NCBI GenBank assembly: GCA_963788655.1
Contig: CAWBHS010000058.1
Location: forward strand, 32,001-96,000
From: an uncultured Verrucomicrobiae bacterium
Lineage (GTDB): Bacteria; Verrucomicrobiota; Verrucomicrobiia; Limisphaerales; JAFGQR01
Direction: 5' to 3'
Length of the DNA stretch: 64,000 nucleotides
This document shows positions 20,151-27,672 of this stretch, piece by piece. The position numbers and the translations under genes are program-made. The notes beneath the pieces are model-generated. The model did no database searches, had not been told where the DNA came from, and worked only from the letters and a program-made list of their open reading frames with translations. Numbering within the stretch: position 1 is the stretch's first letter; each line of letters begins with the position of its first letter.

Positions 20151-21323
20151 GAAAGGGACAAGTTCTCCAACCGGTTGCAACCAGTCAGGACGGACCAGGA
20201 CCGAATTGGTTCGCGTGCAAGGATCGCGCAACACGTTGCGCCATTCCGCGCGCATGACCGGTTGGACCGCGGTGAAGTCCGCGGGATCGAACAGCGTCTT
20301 CAGCACGGAGGAGATTACCTCGGCGGACAAGCCAAACTCGGCAAGCAGCTTTGGCCATCGGTCCGAATTGGTCTGGTTCAATTGCATGACCGGCCACAGC
20401 AAGGTTGAGCAAAGCCGGGCGTGATGCCATCCCCGCTCGGGCTGCTGCCGCTGGAGCGGTCCCTCCAAGGTGTGCGCGAGGCCATGGACCAAGCCGACAC
20501 TGGATTGCGCCTGGCCCGCGCAGGCCAATGCGCTCAACTCGAACCATTGCGGATCGTAGGCCAGCGGCAGCGACAGCATCCGTTGCATCACTTCGGCTAG
20601 CGCCGCCCGCAATTCAGGTTGGGCCAACGGCGACAGGAATCCTTCCAAGGCATGCGCCCAACAATCGCCACACGCGTGCTTCTGGCGCTCGGCGGGCACG
20701 GTCTGCGCCAGTTCCGGCCAAAACACGATGGCGTCGGGAACGGCGTTCGGATCGACGGTGATCTCTTTTCGAGCTGGTGCCGACGCGACCGCTCCTGGGA
20801 GTGCAGCAGTCCCCTGCCGCATTTGTAGGACAGGCGTCCCGCCTGTCTCGGATTCACAGATGGCGGCCGCTCGTTCGTGGGATGTTCCCCAAACAGCGGC
20901 GCCGTCTTTGCCACTCGGGACAGCCGGGACGGCTGTCCTACAATCATCGCCGAGCAGTGGTTCAACAGCGGCAGAGGACTGCCGCACTCCAAGACTTGGC
21001 AGTCGTTCGGACGGACCGTCCACCGAGCGCACGATGATGGGTGATACTTCGGCACCGCTGCCCCACAGGGTCGGAATGGCCGCCAGTTTGATCGCGGGCT
21101 GCCGAACGCGCAGAAACTTGGCGCGGTCAATCAACGTACCGCCACCGGCGACTGCGAGCCATTGAGTCCCCGTTGGCAAGTCGGTGTCTGGCTCTACGAC
21201 TGGCCACGGCAGCCGCGTTCGCAGTCGGTCACGTACACTGGGCGACGCCCAAAGCACTCCATCGCCGTTAGCGGCTTGCTGGAGCTGGTCGAATGACCAA
21301 CTGGTTGGCAGGTTAATCGTCAA
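20147..21323 (-). CDS. Iron-containing alcohol dehydrogenase with an 81-aa in-frame REP-derived insertion
   Basis: GGGTLIDRAK, PTLWGSGAEVS, DCWAHALEG, GLVHGLAH and HH metal ligands; TTG start overlaps the end of the ACP gene. Confidence 0.82.
20794..20993. repeat. Nested REPIN inside a CDS: outer GGAG-tagged REP pair, inner GTAG-tagged REP pair (20825-20941)
   Basis: GGGAGTGCAGCAGTCCCCTGCCGC ... GCGGCAGAGGACTGCCGCACTCCAAG enclosing GTAGGACAGGCGTCCCGCCTGTC ... GACAGCCGGGACGGCTGTCCTAC. Confidence 0.88.
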
Positions 21324-21558
21324 AGCTGATGCCTTTGGCCGCGAGCAAGCGAATGATGTCATCCACGCTTTGAATGCGCGTGGCCTCCTCGGGCGTGGGA
21401 TGGTAGCCAAACGTCTCTTGAATGCCCACCGCCAGCGACACCACGCCAAACGAATCCCACGTGTCCACTTCGTCCCGCCGCAGGTCGAACCGGAATTCCG
21501 CCGGATCGAGGAGGAACACATCCGTGACGAGCTGTTTGAGTTTTATCCGGTTCTGCAT
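21313..21558 (-). CDS. Acyl carrier protein
   Basis: 81 aa, acidic; WDSFG phosphopantetheine Ser motif. Confidence 0.88.
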   Translation of the reverse strand: MQNRIKLKQLVTDVFLLDPAEFRFDLRRDEVDTWDSFGVVSLAVGIQETFGYHPTPEEATRIQSVDDIIRLLAAKGISFDD

Positions 21559-21559
21559 G

Positions 21560-22741
21560 CTAAATCCTTTGGTACCACAGCAGCGACTTGATCCCGGTAG
21601 CCACGGCGCCGCGCACGTCCGGTTTGCCGTTGGGCAACAGCGGAATCGCCTCCGTCGCTTCGATGCGCAAGGGCCATTGCGCCCGCGAATGATGTTTTCG
21701 CAAGGCCCGCAAAATTTCCTGTATCTGTCCGGCCGGCGGCGGGGGTGCCAGCAGCAGGACATGCCCTTCTTCACCGTGCGGGTCCGGCGCCCGATAGAAG
21801 GCCGCCTGCCCGGACCACACGCGCGCCACCGTATTCTGCAACGACGCCAACGAGACTTTCTCGCCGTGACGTTTGAACACCTCGCTGGCTCGCCCGAGCA
21901 ATCGCCAGAAGCCGCCCTCAGTCGCTTGGCCGAGATCACCCGTCTTCACCCAATCATCGGGCGTGATCGACTTGAACTGCGAATCCTCAACGACCCCCAC
22001 CGCTCCGTAGGGACTGCGAAAAAGTAATTCGTTCGCGTCGTTCTGCGTTAATTCGATTCCCGGCAACGGCCGGCCAATGTCCGCGGCTTCCTCGGCCGTA
22101 TCGGCCGGGCGCAGCGTTAATCGCGGCAAGGCTTCCGCGCAGCCGTAGTTGTTAAAGATCATCGCCTCCGGAAACAGCCGGCGCACCAGGGGGAGATTCT
22201 CCTGGGGAAAACGTCCGCCGGCAAAATGGACTCGAATGACGCCCGGAAACGATTCGTCGGAGCAGCATTGACCCAATAGCGGAATCTGCACACCCACCAA
22301 GCAAATCATCGCCTGGCGCGCCGACCGCAACGTGGCTCGCAGCGATTCCGGATCTTTCAATCCTGTCGTCAAGCGTAGCGTCCGATGATGGCACTTGGTC
22401 CATAGCCATTGGTTGACGAAGGCGTAACTGTAAGACAACGGCAACGCCACGATCGTTTCTGCGACCGGTTCGCTGAGTTGCCATTCGTGGAGGACGCCCG
22501 CCAGGTTCTCCGAACGCTGACGTTGACCGACCACAAGCTTCGGGGCGCCGGTGGTTCCCGAGGTCAGCAGCGCATAATGGCCCGTCTGCAATTCTGCGGG
22601 TAATTGCGAGAGCGCGCCATGAATCCAGTCCAAGTCCACCCCCGTCTTGTTGGGCAGGAACACGAACGTGGCATCGTCCTCCCATGCCCGGGGCAACCGT
22701 TGCGGTTCTTGCTGGACTTCCTGTTCCCACAAACACGTCAT
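21560..22741 (-). CDS. Class I adenylate-forming enzyme (acyl-AMP/ACP ligase)
   Basis: LLTSGTTGAPK, NNYGCAE, KTGDLG, LPNGKPD. Confidence 0.9.
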   Translation of the reverse strand: MTCLWEQEVQQEPQRLPRAWEDDATFVFLPNKTGVDLDWIHGALSQLPAELQTGHYALLTSGTTGAPKLVVGQRQRSENLAGVLHEWQLSEPVAETIVALPLSYSYAFVNQWLWTKCHHRTLRLTTGLKDPESLRATLRSARQAMICLVGVQIPLLGQCCSDESFPGVIRVHFAGGRFPQENLPLVRRLFPEAMIFNNYGCAEALPRLTLRPADTAEEAADIGRPLPGIELTQNDANELLFRSPYGAVGVVEDSQFKSITPDDWVKTGDLGQATEGGFWRLLGRASEVFKRHGEKVSLASLQNTVARVWSGQAAFYRAPDPHGEEGHVLLLAPPPPAGQIQEILRALRKHHSRAQWPLRIEATEAIPLLPNGKPDVRGAVATGIKSLLWYQRI

Positions 22742-22747
22742 TGGTCG

Positions 22748-23731
22748 TCAGGCTGCTTGTTGGCGAAGGATGCGCGGTGACTGGCTCCTTTCACCCGCCC
22801 GTTGCCGCACGGTGTAAGGCGGCCGGTCCATGCTCCGAAAGTGCATTCGCGCCAGATACTCGCCGATCACGCCGAGCGCGAACAATTGGGCGCCCGAGAA
22901 AATGGCCGTCATCGACGCCAGAAAGGGAAAGCCAGGCACGCTCGTTCCGCGAACCAGGTAACACGCCACCACATAAGCCAGCACACTCATTCCAAGGAGC
23001 GTAAAGCCGAAACCGACCAGGCTGGCGAATCGTAAGGGCGCGGTGCTGTAGCCGGTCAGCATGTTCAACGCATGAGTCACCAGTTTGCGAAAGGTGTAAT
23101 TCGATGCCCCCGTGTGCCGCGGCACGTGATTCACCGGAATCGCGGCAAAGCGGGTCGTACCCCAGGACAACAACACGTCGATGGAAATGTGCGGACTGCG
23201 GTAATTGCCAAACGCTTCGCGCACGGCCGTCCGAAAAACGCGAAAAGTGCTGACTTTGCTGGCCACGTCCGCCCCGGTGGCACTTTGCAGCGCAATTTTG
23301 GTGATGCGGGAGGCCAGGTTTCGCCACAAGCCGTGTTGCTCCACCTGCGGGGTGCCATACACAACGTCCCAACCTTCGTTCAATTTGGCCACCAGCTTGG
23401 CAATCTCCTCCGGCGGATTCTGCAAATCGTCGTCCATCGTCACCATCACGTCGCCCTCCGCGGCGCGAATGCCACAGAGCAAGGCGTTGTGCTGGCCATA
23501 ATTCCGCATCAAATTGATCCCGCGGACCCAGCCATGACGGGACGAAAGTTCCTGAATCACCTCCCAACTACGGTCGCGGCTGCCGTCGTTGACCAGGATC
23601 ACTTCGAACTTATGGGACAAGGAATCAAGCACCGGTTCAAGTCGTTGAACCAGTGTGGGCAGGATCAGTTCACTGTTGTAAACCGGCACGATCACCGAGA
23701 TGGAATCGACCGTCTCGCATCCGTTGTCCAT
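22748..23731 (-). CDS. GT2 polyprenyl-phosphate glycosyltransferase (ArnC/GtrB-like)
   Basis: SVIVPVYN, VNDGSRD, RNYGQHNA, MDDDLQNPP, two C-terminal TMs, GEYLARM. Confidence 0.92.
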   Translation of the reverse strand: MDNGCETVDSISVIVPVYNSELILPTLVQRLEPVLDSLSHKFEVILVNDGSRDRSWEVIQELSSRHGWVRGINLMRNYGQHNALLCGIRAAEGDVMVTMDDDLQNPPEEIAKLVAKLNEGWDVVYGTPQVEQHGLWRNLASRITKIALQSATGADVASKVSTFRVFRTAVREAFGNYRSPHISIDVLLSWGTTRFAAIPVNHVPRHTGASNYTFRKLVTHALNMLTGYSTAPLRFASLVGFGFTLLGMSVLAYVVACYLVRGTSVPGFPFLASMTAIFSGAQLFALGVIGEYLARMHFRSMDRPPYTVRQRAGERSQSPRILRQQAA

Positions 23732-24051
23732 TCGTGCGGTAGAACTCAGCAAATCATGCGCCACCATCGGAGCTTTCCAGTGCGAGCAACAAATTGATCG
23801 CGCCATTTTGACCCTGGTTTTCGACTTGTTCAAAGGGCGTGCCGCCCAAAAACAAGCTCAGTGACAAGGCAGCGAACATCTCCAAGACCGGGAAGTGCGG
23901 CGAGGCCCATTCGGAGCTGAGAATGCAGTTAGCAGGGAGGATAGGAACATCGCTGCAGAAAGATTTGCTTTTTCCTGATGCTTCTTTCGCGGTGAGTAGC
24001 GCCAGTGAGTCTCAGCCAACCGCCCCCTCTTTGGGCTTTAAGAGTTAGAAC

Positions 24052-24139
24052 TGGTACCGGTGGTCGGACTTGAACCGACACGACTTTTTAAGGTCCCAGG
24101 ATTTTAAGTCCTGTGCGTCTGCCATTTCGCCACACCGGC
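24052..24139 (-). tRNA. tRNA-Leu(TAA)
   Basis: GCCGGTG...TGGCAGAC D-loop, CAGGA-CTTAAAA-TCCTG anticodon arm, long variable arm, GTTCAAGTC T-loop, encoded CCA. Confidence 0.97.
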
Positions 24140-24473
24140 AGGGTTCCGCAGCCAAAGAGTCGCACGCCAGACTCAGCCACGATCATGGTGCCAACAGTCT
24201 TACCAGAACACACTGACTGCACGCAAGCGGACACTCGACCAGTGCGCCAAAGGATTGACCAGCGCCGCTTGCGAACCGGTGGACAGTCTTGAACCCACAC
24301 AAACCCGAGGAGCAATGGCAAACCTTCCCGGGCATCCCTGGACCGAAGTTTTCACCAGCGCTTCCGGGCTGCACCAAGTCCCATTAGCGCTGGTGGCATT
24401 GCCTGCAATCCACAAATAAGGGACTATTGGCAACCGCGGCAAAGTCCGGCAAGCCGGACGCACGCTGGGGATC

Positions 24474-24683
24474 TTGCTGATCGTGCGCATTTACGATTCC
24501 AACCTCGGCTTCGAAATCGCCAGCAAAAGCGAGTTGGTCCGGCAACACCGCCTTCAGGCTTCAACCGACCTGCGCAATTGGACAGATCTGCTTACGTTCA
24601 AGAACACCCAGGCTACAACACTGTACTTGGACGGGGAAGCGCTGCTGTATCCCGGTCGATTTTACCGGGTGGGGCCGCCTTGA
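24474..24683 (+). pseudogene. Orphan C-terminal 'RFYR' domain (gene fragment or mini-protein)
   Basis: LQASTDLRNWTDL...PGRFYRV matches the C-termini of three secreted proteins in this window. No ATG or signal peptide; a REP remnant lies directly upstream (24444-24463). Confidence 0.6.
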
Positions 24684-24757
24684 TTTGCGGGCGCCAGCCA
24701 GCCAACGAGAGGCTTCGGGTAGGAATAGGCCCATTGAAAAGCATTCCTATGTTCCTT

Positions 24758-26377
24758 TCAAAACGGCAGCACCTTGAAGTTGAAGATTCGTTCCGCCATC
24801 CACACCGCCGCCACGCCCATCACTGCGACGGAGCCGAACTTGAGCGCCACGGTTCGGTAATAGAACGACCGGCTGAGAACGAAGGCCAGTGGCAGGAAGA
24901 TGGCCACGATGGTCATTTGCCCGAGTTCCACCCCGACGTTGAAGCCAAACAGGGCGAGCACCAGCGATTCGCCCTTCAGTCCAAACTCGATCAGACCGCC
25001 GGCGAGGCCGAATCCGTGAACGAGGCCGAAGCCCAGCGCCACGATCCATTCGCGCCCGCCGAACCACGGCCGCAAGTTATTCAACGCGGCGGCGATGATG
25101 GAGGCGGCAATCAGTGGCTCCACCAACCGGGCCGGCAGCCGCACCCAGTCCAGCGCCGCAAGACTGAGCGTCACCGAATGGGCCAGGGTGAATGCCGTTA
25201 CGATTTTCAAAATGCGCACGGTTGCTGGTCGCAAGGCGTCAGGCTCCCGCCATCGGCCGTCCTTGTGGCGCAGCACCGCCGGCAAGAGCAAGGCGAGCAG
25301 AAACAGGATGTGATCGGGCCCCTGCCAGATATGGCCAACACCCTCGCGAATAAACGTCCACAATTGCGGCCAGCGCGCATTCGGTTGGATCAACGTAAAA
25401 CCATGCATTGGCCGCGCCGCGGTGAATGCCTCAGTTTCCGTCCTTCCCGCATGCTCGACTCTCAGTAGTCCGCGTGCGTTGGTATCGACGCCAAACAGCG
25501 CGCTACTATTGATTTCCAAGGCAGTAATGGGGTGCGTCACCGCGGCCGTGAATTTAACGCGTTGGTAATGGCCGGTGCTAAGTTGCATTGGCTCCAGGTC
25601 CGTCACCCGAAAGGCCAACTTCCGACCATTGGCCGTTACTTCGAGGCGGGCCACAGTGTCTATCGCCAGCCCCTCAAGCCACAGATCCTGTTGATCGGCT
25701 GGCAGCGACGACCACTTTGCGGACGCCAGTTGCGCACTCACTTCAAGGTCACGCTGGGCCACGTCCCACTGGCCGGTAACAATGTTGCCCGAAACAAAAA
25801 ACGTCAGGAACATTTCGCTGGGCGTGTGCGCCCGGGCGGGAGTGACGATGCCGGCGATCAGCAGAAGCAGCGCACAAATGATGACGCTTGGGAAGGCGGC
25901 AGGGTACCGTCGCAGCCGTCCCGTAGGACAGGCGTCCTGCCTGTCCCCATGGCTCCAGAACCATTCGATCATTTTGAAATGCTCGCAGCCAGTGCTCATT
26001 GTGCCTCGCGAAGCGTTTGGAGTGCGTGGAGCTCGCTCCCGCTTTCGCAAGGGACTACGTGCAGGCAATGAACCAAGCCGCGCGAAGAAGCGATTTCGAC
26101 GCATCGCTACCGCCGAAAGCGCCGGCAAGCCGGACGCACTCCAAACGCTGGCGCGACTGACTGTCGGCCATTCAGGAATGGGTTTGTTCCATTCTACCGG
26201 AATATTAGTCTCGCGCGCTGTTCGGAACCCAGGGTTCCGTCTGCCTCGAAGGCAAGTCTGCCGAGATGTCACCTTGTAGCGCTCAGGCTCCCGGACCGTA
26301 GCCATTCGAGGAGGAAACCTTTTGGCTATTCGAAACCGGCGGGACGCCTGTCCTACGTTGGCGATTGGCCGATTCAT
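24758..26377 (-). CDS. HupE/UreJ-family membrane protein (putative Ni/Co-type metal transporter) with REP-derived N-terminal insertion; start uncertain
   Basis: EGVGHIWQGPDHILFL, TAFTLAHSVTL, FGLVHGFG, FNVGVELGQ; signal peptide ending ARA-H; ATG at 26377 overlaps the upstream stop (ATGA). Confidence 0.88.
   Translation of the reverse strand: MNRPIANVGQASRRFRIAKRFPPRMATVREPERYKVTSRQTCLRGRRNPGFRTARETNIPVEWNKPIPEWPTVSRASVWSASGLPALSAVAMRRNRFFARLGSLPARSPLRKRERAPRTPNASRGTMSTGCEHFKMIEWFWSHGDRQDACPTGRLRRYPAAFPSVIICALLLLIAGIVTPARAHTPSEMFLTFFVSGNIVTGQWDVAQRDLEVSAQLASAKWSSLPADQQDLWLEGLAIDTVARLEVTANGRKLAFRVTDLEPMQLSTGHYQRVKFTAAVTHPITALEINSSALFGVDTNARGLLRVEHAGRTETEAFTAARPMHGFTLIQPNARWPQLWTFIREGVGHIWQGPDHILFLLALLLPAVLRHKDGRWREPDALRPATVRILKIVTAFTLAHSVTLSLAALDWVRLPARLVEPLIAASIIAAALNNLRPWFGGREWIVALGFGLVHGFGLAGGLIEFGLKGESLVLALFGFNVGVELGQMTIVAIFLPLAFVLSRSFYYRTVALKFGSVAVMGVAAVWMAERIFNFKVLPF
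25923..26356. repeat. GTAG-tagged REPIN enclosing a 181-bp GGAG-tagged palindromic element (26001-26181)
   Basis: GTAGGACAGGCGTCCTGCCTGTC ... CGGCGGGACGCCTGTCCTAC; inner AGCGTTTGGAGTGCGT ... ACGCACTCCAAACGCT. Confidence 0.87.
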
Positions 26378-27627
26378 CGTTGCACTTGCGGAGGAGTCGA
26401 ATTCGCAGCGGCGAGGCCTTCACGAACGCGCTGCTCCAGTTCCGCCATGGCCGGCACATTGCGACGGCTGGGGGGTAACTTATCCAAGGCCGCCAAGGCC
26501 TCCTGAAAGGCTTCGGTGGCTTCCTTGGTCCGACCGGCTTGTTGGAGAATTTCACCGCGGCGCACCAACCAGCTTTCCTTGCGCGGGAACTGGGCCATGG
26601 CCCGATCGAGCCGTGCCAGGGCAGCGTCCACGTGATGCTGTTGCAGTTCCACGTCGATCGCCTGCATCTGCAGCGTCACCAGCGGACCAAGCCGGGACAT
26701 ACCTTGGTCCAGCCCCAGCAAGGCAACCGTGAGGTGATCACCCCCTTCGGCGGCCAGTGCTTCGGCGCGTTCGATGAACAATTCCGGACCGGGCGCGGAC
26801 GAGTGATCGATGGCCCGCGCATAATCTTCCGCCGCCGACAAACGTTCGCCCAATTTCACTTTGGCGCGCGCACGGGTGATCAGCGCTTCGACGTGATGCG
26901 GCGTGACCTCCAGGAAACGGTCCGCCGCCACTTTGGCGCTCTCGTACCATCCGGCGTCGAGAAACAAGCGGGCGCGTGCCAGGTGCAGGACCGGCCATTG
27001 ATTGCTCAGCCCTTCCGCCCGCTCGAGGTCGGCCAATGCCGCGTCCCAGGTGCCGTGAGCCTGGTGGAGCAGGGCGCGACGCAAATAGAGCACCGGGTCA
27101 CGCGGCTGTGCTTCGATTTCTTTTGTGAGCAGGAGAATTTGCTCGTGCAGCCCGCCATGGGCCCAGGCGCTGGATACGAATCCGGCACAAAGCCAGATCA
27201 AGGCGAGCGCGGCAACAAGGCGCCAAGTAGTTGCCCTGGGCCGTAGCAATTGAGTAGGACAGGCGTCCCGCCTGTCTCGAACGGCAGCAAGCCGGGGATT
27301 TAGTTTGCGGCGCCAAAACCGCCTCAACGTCATCCAAGAGTGAGGAAAGCCCCGGGTGATTCGAGACAGGCGAGACGCCTGTCCTACAAAAACGCGCGCG
27401 ACAACTGTTCCAATGCACCGAAACAGTACCATTCCTGAATGCCCGACAGTCAGTCGCGTCAGCGTTTGGAGTGCGTCCGGCTTGCCGGCGCTTTCGGCGG
27501 TAACGCGACGTGGCAGTTCCTTCGAGACGTGTCTTGGCTCTTTGCAGGTGCGCCATCCCTTGCGAAAGCGGGAGCAAGCTCCACGCACTCCAGACGCTTC
27601 GCGAGGTACGATGATCACTGTTGTCAT
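26374..27627 (-). CDS. Secreted tetratricopeptide-repeat protein; REP-derived N-terminal extension, start uncertain
   Basis: Signal peptide ending AWA-HGGLHEQI; repeated TPR helix pairs (LYLRRALLH, ALITRARAK, WLVRRGEIL). Confidence 0.85.
   Translation of the reverse strand: MTTVIIVPREASGVRGACSRFRKGWRTCKEPRHVSKELPRRVTAESAGKPDALQTLTRLTVGHSGMVLFRCIGTVVARVFVGQASRLSRITRGFPHSWMTLRRFWRRKLNPRLAAVRDRRDACPTQLLRPRATTWRLVAALALIWLCAGFVSSAWAHGGLHEQILLLTKEIEAQPRDPVLYLRRALLHQAHGTWDAALADLERAEGLSNQWPVLHLARARLFLDAGWYESAKVAADRFLEVTPHHVEALITRARAKVKLGERLSAAEDYARAIDHSSAPGPELFIERAEALAAEGGDHLTVALLGLDQGMSRLGPLVTLQMQAIDVELQQHHVDAALARLDRAMAQFPRKESWLVRRGEILQQAGRTKEATEAFQEALAALDKLPPSRRNVPAMAELEQRVREGLAAANSTPPQVQR
27254..27387. 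repeat. GTAG-tagged REPIN (inverted REP pair)
   Basis: GTAGGACAGGCGTCCCGCCTGTCTCGAA ... TTCGAGACAGGCGAGACGCCTGTCCTAC. Confidence 0.9.
27429..27609. repeat. 181-bp GGAG-tagged palindromic element, inverted copy of 26001-26181
   Basis: Its reverse complement aligns end to end with 26001-26181, with conserved arms and a diverged central spacer. Confidence 0.88.
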
Positions 27628-27672
27628 AATATTCGATGCGGTTTTTGGTCTGTCCCGGCTCGTATTTCCATC

